64,000 bases of DNA, taken from contig OY970192.1 of the NCBI GenBank assembly GCA_963708135.1, positions 3,616,001 to 3,680,000 of the forward strand, given 5' to 3'. The notes beneath the pieces are model-generated. The model had not been told where the DNA came from. It saw nothing but the letters and a program-made list of their open reading frames with translations, and did no database searches. A program made the position numbers and the translations under genes. Shown here piece by piece: positions 1 through 10,363 of the stretch; the first letter of the stretch is position 1; the number at the start of each line of letters is the position of its first letter. This DNA is from an uncultured Gemmatimonadales bacterium (GTDB taxonomy: Bacteria; Gemmatimonadota; Gemmatimonadetes; Longimicrobiales; RSA9).

Positions 1-751
1 AGCTGATCGAGTTGCGTGTGGTGGACGCGATCACGGACGAGACGGTCCGACGGCTTCTAAAAAAAACGACCTGAAGCCCTGGCAGAAGGAAGCGTGGTGC
101 ATCCCGACGGTGAGTTGGGACTTCGTCTGCCGCATGGAGGACGTGCTCGACCTCTACCAGGAGCCCTACGACCCCCGGCGCCCGGTGGTGTGCTTCGATG
201 AAGTGCCCTACCAGCTCATCGGGGAAACCCGCCTGCCGGTGCCGGCCGCTCCGGGTCGGCGCCAACGCGTCGACTACGAGTACGTGCGCCGCGGGACCGC
301 CAACCTCTTCCTGCTCGTGGAGCCGCTGCGAGGCTGGCGGCATGTGGACGTCACCGCCCGTCGCACGAATGCGGACTTCGCCCAGCAGATGCGCGCACTG
401 GTCGACGTGCATTGCGCGGACGCCGACAAGATCCGCGTCGTGCTCGACAACCTGAGCAGCCACACGGGCGCAGCCCTGTACGAGACCTTCGAGGCCGCCG
501 AAGCGCGCCGTATCCTGCGCAAGCTCGAGTTCCATTACACGCCCAAGCACGGGAGCTGGCTCAACATGGCCGAAATCGAGATCTCGATCCTCGGTCGCCA
601 GTGCCTGCACCGCCGCCTTGACAACGTCAACCGGCTGCGGGCCGAGACCCTCGCCTGGGAGACCCCCCGCAACGCCGTCCGAGCTCCCACCACCTGGCGT
701 TTCACTGTCTCCGATGCGCGATCCAAGCTCCACCGCCTTTACGCATCATGA
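1..751 (+). CDS. IS630 DDE transposase (partial, frameshifted at A8 run 59-66)
   Basis: Motifs VVCFDE, VVLDNLSSH and YTPKHGSWLNMAEIE; slippery CTAAAAAAAAC between orfA and orfB. Confidence 0.95.
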   Translation, partial: ADRVACGGRDHGRDGPTASKKNDLKPWQKEAWCIPTVSWDFVCRMEDVLDLYQEPYDPRRPVVCFDEVPYQLIGETRLPVPAAPGRRQRVDYEYVRRGTANLFLLVEPLRGWRHVDVTARRTNADFAQQMRALVDVHCADADKIRVVLDNLSSHTGAALYETFEAAEARRILRKLEFHYTPKHGSWLNMAEIEISILGRQCLHRRLDNVNRLRAETLAWETPRNAVRAPTTWRFTVSDARSKLHRLYAS

Positions 752-768
752 CCACTGTGGCGCGGTAC
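1..768 (+). mobile_element. IS630-family insertion sequence, copy 1 (5' part outside window)
   Basis: Near-identical to the reverse complement of 36869-38074. The right end ...CACTGTGGCGCGGTAC is followed by TA in a CTAG context (768-771). Confidence 0.95.
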
Positions 769-1522
769 TAGTTCAAGAGCAGACATTTTGGCCGCGCCAG
801 AGCTGCAGGGAATGCCCCGAACGCGCCAACAAGCTGCACGGAATTGCCGCCGATGATTGCCATCCGCCCGCTCGGCAAAACTGCGAGGGCGCCAATGGGC
901 GCAATGGCGCTCGGAGCGGCTGCACTCATCTGATCGGCCCGAGCCCCGACAACCCGATCGTACCGATCCTAGGTTTATTCCGGGCGGAGCGGAGCCGCTG
1001 TGAGCCGTCAACCCCCGCGCTTGCCACCGTAGGGGCGAGCGATTCGGCGCGGCGCGGCGCTCGCGCACGCGACCCGTACGTTCAATTTGCTCGCACCTTG
1101 CAAAAGGCCATAAACATATGCCAAGCCGCTCGTTCGAAGATCGGCCCGGCAAACCTACCCGGACATTACTGCGTTGATCTGCGCGTTGTTTACGGAGGGC
1201 ATGGAGGGCATGAAGAACACGGAGAACACGAAAGGTTGGCGCAATGTGGTAGAACTGTTTAGATTGATCTCAGTGCTTCCGGTGGAGCGCGCAAGGAACC
1301 TGCGGCTCCCCCGAATTATCGTGGTTACGGCCGCAACCCGGGCGATTTGAACGTCGGGCCCTGAGCGGCCATCCTGCCGGCCCACATTCCGGAGAATGCA
1401 GATATCCATACATACTTCTATTGCTCAACTTGAGAATACCGTGCCGATTGGCGATACGCAGTCTCATCCGGTTTGCCACCCGCCCCAATCCCCCGGATCC
1501 ATTCATCAAGGAGAGAATTCCC

Positions 1523-1912
1523 ATGCGTAGCCCCAGATCACGATCGCGCATACTCGTCATGGTCTCTCTCGCTCTGGCCATGATTGGCTGCAGCGGCGGG
1601 GACAGCAACGCTCCGAAAACGCCTACAACCGTGACGGGGACATGGGTCGGCACCTCGAGCGGTGCCACGGTCAACCTCGTGCTCACGGAGAACAGCGGGA
1701 CGGTTTCCGGCAGCGGGACGATGGTGGCCGGGACCGCCAGCATCGCCCTCACAGTGGCCGGCAGTCACAACGGCGCGAGCGTCTCCCTCACGTTCAAGAC
1801 GAGCGGCTTCCAGGACACTAATCTGACCGGCACGTTCGCCGGGAACAGCATCACGGGCACGCTCAACGGGTCCGGGTTCGTGAACGAGCCGGTCACTCTT
1901 CAGAGACAATAG
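1523..1912 (+). CDS. Small Thr/Gly/Ser-rich beta-strand lipoprotein, function unknown
   Basis: AAGGAG RBS before ATG 1523; signal peptide with lipobox-like AMIG-C; TVTGTWVG strand. Confidence 0.75.
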   Translation: MRSPRSRSRILVMVSLALAMIGCSGGDSNAPKTPTTVTGTWVGTSSGATVNLVLTENSGTVSGSGTMVAGTASIALTVAGSHNGASVSLTFKTSGFQDTNLTGTFAGNSITGTLNGSGFVNEPVTLQRQ

Positions 1913-2094
1913 TGAATCGTCGCATCGACATGCATGCCGAGACGGTTCCCATAGGGGGCTCAGCTCTTTGAATTAGTCTCATCGCTTCGGCTTAGGCGTG
2001 GTGTATTGGGTGGCCGTCGGAGCCCCCGTTTCTCCCCATCATCGCGGAGAAGCCCAAAGGAGGGCCACCATCCGCTTGCAGCCGAGTACACTGC

Positions 2095-2400
2095 CACAGT
2101 CGTATCGCTCGTCGCTGTGCGAGCATCATCACGGCACGAAGCAGGACGTCGGAATCAGCAGCGTCCCCGTCGGGGCGGCGGTGACAGTGGACAGTCAGCA
2201 ACTGGGAGGCACGCCGGTGATCGCCCACCTCTCACGTAAGCAGCTACACGATCAGCATGGACGCCTAGAGCCCGTGCAGATGGCCGAAGAGCGTGAGCGG
2301 CCGGATCGTCGGCAACGTTCTCTTCGGCGTACTGAAGGCCCTAGCGGTCCGATATGACAGACGGCGGCATGTACAAGCTGTCTCCTGAGCAAGTTGCGTC
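2095..2400 (+). pseudogene. Degraded PEGA-like lipoprotein gene
   Basis: CASII, then a 1-nt frameshift to HGTKQDVGISSVPVGAAVTVDSQQLGGTPVIAHLSRK, then a C-terminal GGMYKLSPEQV at about 2363-2395. No continuous ORF joins the pieces. Confidence 0.55.
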
Positions 2401-2543
2401 GAAACCGAGCAAGAAGGCTGCGGCCGTCGAGACCTCGCACGGCCTCATCTATGTGCCCCTCGTCATGCAGGCGCATCCGAGTTGGGAGCGGATCGGGCAG
2501 ATGCGAAGGGACTGACCACCCGAGCGGTCGCAACAACTGGAAG

Positions 2544-2572
2544 GGCCCCGGGCAGGGATGCCGGGGCCTTTC
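2544..2572 (+). terminator. Putative intrinsic terminator
   Basis: GGCCCCGG-loop-CCGGGGCC stem followed by TTTCT. Confidence 0.45.
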
Positions 2573-2871
2573 TCGTCCGCCGACGGCGGGCACGCGACAT
2601 CCTGCGTTTGGGCCGCCGGAGGATCCGACCGTTGTCTGTGTGATGCAACCCGACGACTCCTCCTTTCCGCACCACCGGTTGTACGCTGGAAAGGAGGGGC
2701 GTCCAGGAACGCCAGGGCGCCGGCATCCGGGCGTGCCGCGGAGATTTGCCCCCACCCGACAGGCGCGCTATTCTCGCCGGCGAAGCCGCCTCGCGGCGCC
2801 CCGATCCCGGTCGGAGGCGCGCGTTTGGTGGGCGGAGCTTTCCCCGGGAGCCAACCAGCGAGGGGTGCCGG

Positions 2872-4563
2872 ATGAAGCGCACCGATGACGCGCGGCAGGG
2901 GCCGGATCGGATCAGCCGGCGGAGCTTCCTCGAGAGCGGCGCGCTGGCCGCGGCGGCGCTGGGCGCCGGGCCCGCGCTGCGGCCGGGCGGCGCGGTGGCC
3001 GGGGAGGGGACGCGAGGCGGGGCGTCGCGGCAGCCGGCGTCGCCGCCCCCTTTCGAGCTGGACGAGATCACGCTGGCGCAGCTCCAGGACGGCTTGCGGG
3101 CCGGGCGGTACACGGCGCGCTCGCTCACGGAGGCGTACCTGGGCCGCATCGTGGAGATCGACGGGCGGGGTCCGACGCTGCGCTCGGTGATCGAGACGAA
3201 CCCGGACGCGCTGCGGCTCGCCGACGCCCTGGACGCCGAGCGCCGGGCGGGGAAGGTGCGCGGGCCGCTGCACGGGATCCCGGTGCTGGTCAAGGACAAC
3301 ATCGCGAGCGACGACCGGATGCAGACCACGGCGGGCTCGCTCGCGCTGGTCGGCTCGAAGGTGCCGCGCGATGCCTTCATCGTCGGGCGGCTGCGCGAGG
3401 CGGGCGCCGTGCTGCTCGGCAAGACCAATCTGAGCGAGTGGGCGAACTTCCGCTCGACCCGGTCCTCGAGCGGCTGGAGCGGGCGCGGCGGGCAGTGCGT
3501 GAACCCGTACGCGCTGGACCGCAGCCCGTGCGGCTCGAGCTCGGGGACGGGCATCGCGGTGTCGGCCAACCTGTGCGCGGTGGGCGCGGGGACGGAGACG
3601 GACGGCTCCGTGGTGTGCCCATCGGCCACGAACGGGATCGTGGGCGTGAAGCCGACGCTCGGCCTCGTCAGCCGGGCCGGGATCGTGCCGATCTCGCACA
3701 ACCAGGATACGGCCGGCCCGATGGCGCGCACGGTGACGGATGCGGCCATCCTGCTCGGCGTGATGGCGGGGATCGACCCGCGCGACCCGGCCACGGCGGC
3801 GAGCCGCGGCCACGCGCGGGCGGACTACACCACGTCCCTGGATCCGGCCGGGCTCGAGGGCGCGCGCATCGGCGTGGCCCGCGCGCACTTCTTCGGCTAC
3901 AGCCCGGAGGCGGACGCGCTGGTCGAGGCCGCGCTCGACGCCATGAAGCGGCACGGCGCGGTGCTCGTGGATCCGGCCGACATCCCGCACACCGGCGACT
4001 ACGACGAGAGCGAGAACGTCGTCCTGCAGTGCGACTTCAAGGCCGACCTGAACCATTACCTGGCCGAGCTGGTGTCCTCGCCCGTGCGCTCGCTCGCGGA
4101 CGTGATCGCCTTCAACGACACGCACCGCGCGCAGGAGATGCCGTACTTCGGCCAGGAGATCATGATCCAGTCGGAGGCGCGTGGGCCGCTCACCGATCCC
4201 GCTTACCGGGAAGCGCTTGAGAAGGACCACCGCCTCACCCGCACCGAGGGGATCGACGCGGTCATGGACCGCTACCGGCTGGACGCGCTGGTCGCGCCGA
4301 CCGGCAGCCCCGCGTGGACGATCGACCTCGTTAACGGCGACCACTTCCTCGGCTCGAGCTCCAGCCCCGCCGCCGTCGCCGGCTACGCCAGCGTCACGGT
4401 CCCGGTCGGCTACGCGTATGGCCTGCCGGTGGGCATGTCCTTCATCGGCCGCGCCTGGTCCGAGGCCACGCTGCTCAAGCTCGCCTACGCCTACGAGCAG
4501 GCCACCAGGCTCCGGCGCACGCCGACCTTCGAGCTGCACCCGGAGCTCATCGGCCGGGCGTAG
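2872..4563 (+). CDS. Amidase-signature family amidase, TAT-exported
   Basis: SRRSFL twin-arginine motif; GPLHGIPVLVKDN; CGSSSG and GTETDGS catalytic motifs. Confidence 0.93.
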   Translation: MKRTDDARQGPDRISRRSFLESGALAAAALGAGPALRPGGAVAGEGTRGGASRQPASPPPFELDEITLAQLQDGLRAGRYTARSLTEAYLGRIVEIDGRGPTLRSVIETNPDALRLADALDAERRAGKVRGPLHGIPVLVKDNIASDDRMQTTAGSLALVGSKVPRDAFIVGRLREAGAVLLGKTNLSEWANFRSTRSSSGWSGRGGQCVNPYALDRSPCGSSSGTGIAVSANLCAVGAGTETDGSVVCPSATNGIVGVKPTLGLVSRAGIVPISHNQDTAGPMARTVTDAAILLGVMAGIDPRDPATAASRGHARADYTTSLDPAGLEGARIGVARAHFFGYSPEADALVEAALDAMKRHGAVLVDPADIPHTGDYDESENVVLQCDFKADLNHYLAELVSSPVRSLADVIAFNDTHRAQEMPYFGQEIMIQSEARGPLTDPAYREALEKDHRLTRTEGIDAVMDRYRLDALVAPTGSPAWTIDLVNGDHFLGSSSSPAAVAGYASVTVPVGYAYGLPVGMSFIGRAWSEATLLKLAYAYEQATRLRRTPTFELHPELIGRA

Positions 4564-4567
4564 GCCG

Positions 4568-4590
4568 GCCCGCCGCGTGGAGCGGCGGGC
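4568..4590. terminator. GC-rich hairpin between convergent genes
   Basis: GCCCGCCGC-GTGGA-GCGGCGGGC 9-bp perfect stem; no U-tract. Confidence 0.35.
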
Positions 4591-4613
4591 GGCGAGGCGC
4601 CGGCCCGCGGTGG

Positions 4614-6056
4614 CTACTCGATCCGCTTCCACTTCCGGCCGGCGGCGAGCACGGCGTCGGGACCGGAGACCTGGTCGATGATGGCCAGCTCGTCGGTCGC
4701 GACGGCTGACGGATAGCGGCGCGCGAACTCGGCAAGCGTCATCGCGCGGTCGAGCGCGACCAGCCGCACGCGCTTCGGCTTCACGGCCAGCGCGCCGGGA
4801 TCGGTGAGCGGCGCGAAGCTGCCGATCACCTGCTCGAAGAGCGGCTCGTAGCGGCCAAGCAGGTTGGCGGGGGTGTAGCCGAGGATCTGGTAGACGCGGC
4901 CGGCGTAGTCGATGAAGGCCGCCACGCCGGCGACGGTGCCCTGCTGCGTCGTCGCCTGGAAGGTCCCGAGCACGGTCGACAGCCCGTTCACGGTGCGACG
5001 TGCGGTCTGGCCGGGCTGGACTCCCTGCTGCGAGAAGAAGCCCTGGGCGGCAGCGGCGGCTGACGCGCCCTGGGCCAGCGTCAGCTGGAGCACCGCGTCC
5101 TGCTGCGGGCTCCCGGCGAGCACGGCCTGGGGCGTGTTCTGCGCCTTCCAGCCCTGCGGGAAGGTGAGCTGGAAGCGCAGGTCCGGGTGCAGGAAGAGGT
5201 TTTCCCTGAAGTAGCCGTTACGGGGGTTGTCGCCGTAGACGAGGCCGTCGATCCGGTCCAGGTAGGACGGGCGCGCGATGGTCAGCGCGCCGGCGGGCCT
5301 GTCGAGCTGCGCCAGCTTCTGCTGGATCCGCTGGATCCGTTCCGGCTCGCCCGGGTGGGTCTGCAGCCAGCCGGGCAGCGGGCTCTGCCCCTGCTTCTGG
5401 CCGAGGCGCTCGAGCGCCTGGAAGACATCCACCATCTCGGCCACGTCGTAGCCGGCCTGGAGGGCGTAGCGGAAGCCGAGGTCGTCTGCCTGGCGCTCGT
5501 CGTCGCGGCTGTACTTGAGGAACAGGAGCTGTAGCCCGGTGCCGGCGAGCTGGCCGAGCTGCCCTATCTGGGGCACGAAGATGGAGCCGAGGCCGAGGCC
5601 GAGCTGCGCGATCTGGGCCTTGCTCATCTCCGTGACCTGGTGTTTGGCGGTGACGTGGCCGATCTCGTGGCCCACCACCGTCGCGAGCTCCGCCTCCGAG
5701 TCAATGAGGCCCATGAGGCCGCGGGTCACGAAGATGAAGCCGCCCGGCAGCGCGAAGGCGTTCGGCTCCGGGTCGTCCACGACGTGGAACTCCCACGGCA
5801 GGTCCGGCCGCTCGGAGCGGCGGGCCATGGACAGACCGACGCCGGCGACGTAGCTCTGGAGGGAGGAATCGGCTACCAGCCCGATCTGCGCCACCACGTC
5901 CTGCGCGGCCTGCCGGCCCATCTCGATCTCCTGGCTCTCGGAGATCAGCGAGATCTGCGGCTTGCCCGTCACGGGGTTGCGGGCGCAGGCGGCGGCCGTC
6001 GCGGCGAGGCAGACGAGCGGGATTGCGGTCCGGCGCAGGCTCTGGCGAACGTGCAT
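4614..6056 (-). CDS. M48 family zinc metalloprotease lipoprotein (BepA/YfgC-like)
   Basis: Lipobox AAAC-ARNPVTG; PNAFALPGG, HEIGH, E..AD..G and THP motifs. Confidence 0.92.
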   Translation of the reverse strand: MHVRQSLRRTAIPLVCLAATAAACARNPVTGKPQISLISESQEIEMGRQAAQDVVAQIGLVADSSLQSYVAGVGLSMARRSERPDLPWEFHVVDDPEPNAFALPGGFIFVTRGLMGLIDSEAELATVVGHEIGHVTAKHQVTEMSKAQIAQLGLGLGSIFVPQIGQLGQLAGTGLQLLFLKYSRDDERQADDLGFRYALQAGYDVAEMVDVFQALERLGQKQGQSPLPGWLQTHPGEPERIQRIQQKLAQLDRPAGALTIARPSYLDRIDGLVYGDNPRNGYFRENLFLHPDLRFQLTFPQGWKAQNTPQAVLAGSPQQDAVLQLTLAQGASAAAAAQGFFSQQGVQPGQTARRTVNGLSTVLGTFQATTQQGTVAGVAAFIDYAGRVYQILGYTPANLLGRYEPLFEQVIGSFAPLTDPGALAVKPKRVRLVALDRAMTLAEFARRYPSAVATDELAIIDQVSGPDAVLAAGRKWKRIE

Positions 6057-6126
6057 GGGGCTCCTCCTCGGGTCGAGGCTCGGGGCGTGCCGCCGGATTC
6101 AAGGATCATGCGAGGGCGGGGCGAGA

Positions 6127-7467
6127 ATGCGGGATGTGCTGATCATCGGCGCCGGCTGCGCGGGGCTCGCGGCGGCGCGAGCGCTGCACGGCGCGGGCGT
6201 GGACGTCGCCGTGCTCGAGGCGCGGGGCCGCATCGGCGGGCGGATCCGGACGGTCCGGCCCAGGAGCGTGCCGCTCCCGGTCGAGCTGGGCGCGGAGTTC
6301 GTCCACGGTCCGGCGGCCGAGACCGTCGCGCTGCTGGACGAGGGCGGCCTTCTCTCGCTCGAGGTGAGCGGCGAGAGCCGCGTGGCGCGCGGCGGCCCCG
6401 CCGAGCCCGGCCCCGAGATCTGGGAGCGCATCCAGGGCGTGCTGGAGGACCTCGATCCAAAGCGCACGCCCGACCGCTCGTTCCGCGCTTTCCTGGAGGA
6501 GCGCCGGGCCGGCGGCCCGGCCGGCCCCGACGAGCGCCTCGCCCTCCACTACGTCGAGGGCTTCCATGCCGCCGACGCGAACGACGCCTCCGAGCGCGGC
6601 CTCGCCGCCGCCGAGGGTGGCACGCTCGAGGCCACCGAGCGGCAGCTCCGCGTGCTGGACGGCTACGACAGCGTTCCGGCCGTGCTCGCGGCTGCGCTGC
6701 CGCGCGACGCCGTGCGGCTCCATACGGTGGTCGAGCGCATCGAGTGGCGACGGGGCAGCGTCATCGTCCACGGGCGTACCCGTCCCGCCGAGGCGCTGCA
6801 GCCGCCGGGCGCCGGCGGCGTCGGCCTCTCGCTCCGGCTGCGCGCCCGCGCGCTCCTGATCACCGTCCCGCTGGGGGTGCTCCAGGCGGCGCCCGGCCAG
6901 CCGGGCGCCCTGGAGTTCGACCCGCCGCTGGACTCGAAGGCGGAGCCGCTGGCCCGCCTCGGCAGCGGCTCCGCCGCCCGCCTGGTGCTCGGCTTCGAGC
7001 GGCCGTTCTGGGAGCGCGACCCCCGGTTCCGGGACCTGGCCTTCCTGCACGCGCCCTACGCTACGATGAAGGTCTGGTGGACCCCGTATCCGGCCCGCGC
7101 CGGCGTGCTCGTCGGCTGGACCGGCGGCCCCGCCGGCGCGCGCCTGCTCGAGCGCGGCGAGGGCGAGATCCGGGCCGCCGCACTGGCCGAGCTGGCGGTC
7201 CATCTCGCCACGCCCCAGGACGCCCTGCAGCGGATGCTCCGCGGCGTCTGGATGCACGACTGGAGCGCCGATCCCTACGCCCGCGGCGCGTACAGCTATT
7301 CCCGGGTGGGGGGCGCGGATGCGGCCACCGCGCTCGCGGCGCCGCTCGAGGACACTCTCTTCTTCGCCGGCGAGGCGACGGCAGGCGGCGGCCGCAACGG
7401 CACCGTGGATGGCGCGCTGGCGAGCGGCGAGCGCGCGGCCGCCGAGCTGCTCGCTGCACTCGCCTGA
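6127..7467 (+). CDS. Flavin monoamine oxidase-family FAD oxidoreductase
   Basis: IIGAGCAGL, EARGRIGGR, ELGAEFVHG, GAYS, FFAGEAT and GTVDGALASG motifs. Confidence 0.9.
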   Translation: MRDVLIIGAGCAGLAAARALHGAGVDVAVLEARGRIGGRIRTVRPRSVPLPVELGAEFVHGPAAETVALLDEGGLLSLEVSGESRVARGGPAEPGPEIWERIQGVLEDLDPKRTPDRSFRAFLEERRAGGPAGPDERLALHYVEGFHAADANDASERGLAAAEGGTLEATERQLRVLDGYDSVPAVLAAALPRDAVRLHTVVERIEWRRGSVIVHGRTRPAEALQPPGAGGVGLSLRLRARALLITVPLGVLQAAPGQPGALEFDPPLDSKAEPLARLGSGSAARLVLGFERPFWERDPRFRDLAFLHAPYATMKVWWTPYPARAGVLVGWTGGPAGARLLERGEGEIRAAALAELAVHLATPQDALQRMLRGVWMHDWSADPYARGAYSYSRVGGADAATALAAPLEDTLFFAGEATAGGGRNGTVDGALASGERAAAELLAALA

Positions 7468-7591
7468 CCGTCCGCGGAACTATCTCCGCGGCGCACGCGT
7501 ACACTCACGTACCCCCTGAAATCCCGGACCACCGGCGCGGCGGGAGGGCCGCCGTCGTCGTGGCCGTGCGCGCCCGCAACACCGGAAGTTG

Positions 7592-8356
7592 ATGAACGTG
7601 ATGAAACGCCTGCCCAGCCGGATCCTCCCCGCACTCCTCCTCCTCGCCGCCGCCTCCCCCGCCGCGGCGACCCGCGTCACCCTGCACGGCTCGCACGGCT
7701 CCATGGTCCGCCAGCACGGCATCGCGCGCGCGAACGACTACACGTTCCTCCACACTCCCGCGGCGATCCGCGCCTTCACCCGCGAGGGCTACCTTGTGCC
7801 TGTGCCCGGCAACAGGGACTACCGGCTGGCGGGCGTCTCCTTCGCCGTGGCGCGGCCGGAGACGAAGACCTTCGTCGAGCGACTGGGGGCGGCCTACCAC
7901 GTCGCGTGCGGCGCGCCCCTCGTCGTGACGAGCCTCACCCGCCCTACCGACGAGCAGCCGCGCAACGCCTCGCCGCTCTCCGTGCATCCCGCCGGAATGG
8001 CCGTAGACCTGCGCGTGCCCGCTACCTCCGGCTGCCGGCGCTGGCTCGAGCGCTCGCTCCTCGCCCTCGAACGCAACGGCGTGCTCGACGTCACGCGCGA
8101 GCACCGGCCGCCGCACTACCACGTGGCGGTGTTCCCCGGTGAGTACATGCGCTTCGCCGCCTCGGCGGAGGCGCGGGATGCGGCCGAGCGCGCCCACGAG
8201 GCGGCGCTGCCGCGCGCGTTCCCGGCGGCCGCGGCCCCTGCGGGTCCCGCGCCACCGCCCGGCGGAAACGGGCGCGGACGCGCCCTCGCGGCCATCGCGC
8301 TCCTGGGGCTGCCCGGCATCGGCGTGCTGGCCTTCCTGCGGCGGCGGCGGACTTGA
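7592..8356 (+). CDS. DUF5715-like (peptidase M15-fold) secreted protein with C-terminal membrane anchor
   Basis: Signal peptide; VTSLTRP...NASPLSVHPAGMAVDL; PPHYHVAVF; C-terminal TM followed by RRRR. Confidence 0.7.
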   Translation: MNVMKRLPSRILPALLLLAAASPAAATRVTLHGSHGSMVRQHGIARANDYTFLHTPAAIRAFTREGYLVPVPGNRDYRLAGVSFAVARPETKTFVERLGAAYHVACGAPLVVTSLTRPTDEQPRNASPLSVHPAGMAVDLRVPATSGCRRWLERSLLALERNGVLDVTREHRPPHYHVAVFPGEYMRFAASAEARDAAERAHEAALPRAFPAAAAPAGPAPPPGGNGRGRALAAIALLGLPGIGVLAFLRRRRT

Positions 8357-9564
8357 TCCCGCTCTCGCTGCTCCCGGCGCTCGCGGCCCTCGCCGGCACT
8401 CCGGCGCCGGCGCCGCCCCTGCCCGCCCTGCTCGTGGCCGGGACGGAGCTCGCGATCCGCTTTCCGTCCGCCCTGGCCGGCGGATCCGATCCGATCGGCG
8501 AGACGGTCGTCGTTCAGCTCATGGCGCCCGTCTCCGTGGACGGCTGCGCGGTGCTGCCCGCATTCAGCCGTGTCGCCGGGCGCGTAGCCCTCTCGCGCGG
8601 CGCCGGCCTGCTCCGCCGCGGCGGGGTGCTCGCGCTCCGATTCGACTCGCTCGAGACCGCGCCGGGCGCGTGGACCCCGATCGATGCGCGGCTCGACAGC
8701 CTCGAGTATGCGCCCCGGCACGAGCTCCGCGCGGGCGTCCTGCGCCCCGACGGCCGCTCCGTAGAGCACGCGCTCATGCCGGTGGCGCTGGCCGGCGGCG
8801 TCGATCTCGACCTGGTCCCCCTCGCCTTCATCGGCGCCTGGGAGCTCCTCGCGCGCGGCCCCGGCGCCGTCATCCTGGCGGGCGAGATCGGCCGCATCCG
8901 CCTCGAGGGGACGATCCCGCTGCCGCGCCCCCTCGAGTGCCGCCGCCCGGAAGCCTCGCCCGAGGCCGCACTTCCGGCGCTGCCACCGTTCCACCCCTTT
9001 ACCGCCAACCGCGACGGCACCGGCCGCGGCGACCCGATCAACCTCGTCCTCACCGGCACCGGCGCCGCCCTCGATTCCGCCTTCGCCCGCGCCGGCTGGA
9101 CGGCCGCCGAGCGACCCACCCCGGCGCGACTCGTCCGCGCCGTCACCGCCATCCTGGCCGCGCTCCCCACCGTCGACGATGCCCCCGTCAGCACGCAGTA
9201 CTTCGAGGGCCGGCCGCAGGAGCGGGCGTACGAGATCGCCGGCCCCAACGCCCGCATCCGGCACCACCTCCGGCTCTGGCGCCTCGAGCCGCGGCGCGAC
9301 GTCTGGGTCGCCGCCGCCAACAAGGACATCGGCATCCGCTTCAGCCCCTGGAAGGGTCACGCCACGCACCGGATCGACGGCCGCATCGACCGCGAGCGCG
9401 GCTACGTGACCGCCACCCTGGAAGCGGCGGGCTGCGCCGACCTCCTCGACTACGTCGCCCTTCCCGGCGCCCGCACGCACACCCGCAACACGGCTGGCCA
9501 GAGCATCTCCACCGACGGCCGGGCCGCCGTGCTTGCCGTCCACTCCTGCCATCGCGCGCCCTGA
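8353..9564 (+). CDS. LssY C-terminal-like domain secreted protein
   Basis: GDPINLVL, RHHLRLW, WVAAANKD and THRIDGRIDRER motifs; TTG start overlaps the upstream stop. Confidence 0.65.
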   Translation: MIPLSLLPALAALAGTPAPAPPLPALLVAGTELAIRFPSALAGGSDPIGETVVVQLMAPVSVDGCAVLPAFSRVAGRVALSRGAGLLRRGGVLALRFDSLETAPGAWTPIDARLDSLEYAPRHELRAGVLRPDGRSVEHALMPVALAGGVDLDLVPLAFIGAWELLARGPGAVILAGEIGRIRLEGTIPLPRPLECRRPEASPEAALPALPPFHPFTANRDGTGRGDPINLVLTGTGAALDSAFARAGWTAAERPTPARLVRAVTAILAALPTVDDAPVSTQYFEGRPQERAYEIAGPNARIRHHLRLWRLEPRRDVWVAAANKDIGIRFSPWKGHATHRIDGRIDRERGYVTATLEAAGCADLLDYVALPGARTHTRNTAGQSISTDGRAAVLAVHSCHRAP

Positions 9565-9672
9565 GCCGGTGGCGTCGGGCCCATGGCGAACCTTTCTGGC
9601 GCTCAGGTCGGATGGGAGCCAAATTTTCCGCAGGAGCCATTGTGGCAAGACTGCGGAGGGAGGGGCTGCACG

Positions 9673-10290
9673 GTGGATCCCGGAGGCGAATCAGCGGCGG
9701 CCGGGAGTGAGCCGGCCGGCGGAAGGAATGCGCGGGACGCCGGTGCGGGGGGCGGCACGACGGCCCCGGAGGGCGGCGTGCCGGAGGCCGCGGACGCCCG
9801 AGTGCGCGCGCTCTTCGACGAGATGCCGATCGGCCTGTACGCGGCGGGCCCCGACGGGCGGATCGTGGAGGCGAACGCGGCGCTGGTGGAGATCCTGGGA
9901 GCGGGAGACGAGGGGCTGCTGCGGGGGCTGGCGGTGGCGGATCTTCTGATCGGCGAGCGGGACCGGGAGCGCTGGCGGGAAGCGCTCGGGCGGGGGGCGG
10001 TGCGCGGCTTCGAGACGCGGATCACGCGCTCGGACGGGCAGCCGGTGTGGCTGCGAATCACGGTGCGGGCGGTGGGCGACGACGACGTGGCGTGGAGCGA
10101 CGGGGCGGTGGAGGACATCACCGAGCGGAAGCGGGCGGAGCTGGCGCTGCGGCGCAGCGAGGCCCACTTCCGGTCGCTGACCGAGAACTCGTCGGACCTC
10201 CTCTCGATCCACGATGCGGACGGCTTGAACCGCTACTTCAGCGGCGCGCTGGAGCGGGTGCTGGGCTACGCTGCGGGCACCCGGCTCAAG
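9673..10290 (+). pseudogene. Truncated PAS-domain sensor protein
   Basis: One PAS/PAC (LFDEMPIG...EANAAL...GAVEDITERKRAE) and the start of a second PAS (LTENSSDLLSI...ERVLGY). The frame then runs into non-homologous sequence overlapping the next gene. Confidence 0.6.
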
Positions 10291-10363
10291 GCCGCTTGCG
10301 CTCGCGATTCTCCCACCCGCACAATCCCGGTGGTGCCGCATCCGCGCCGCCCATCCCGCACCC

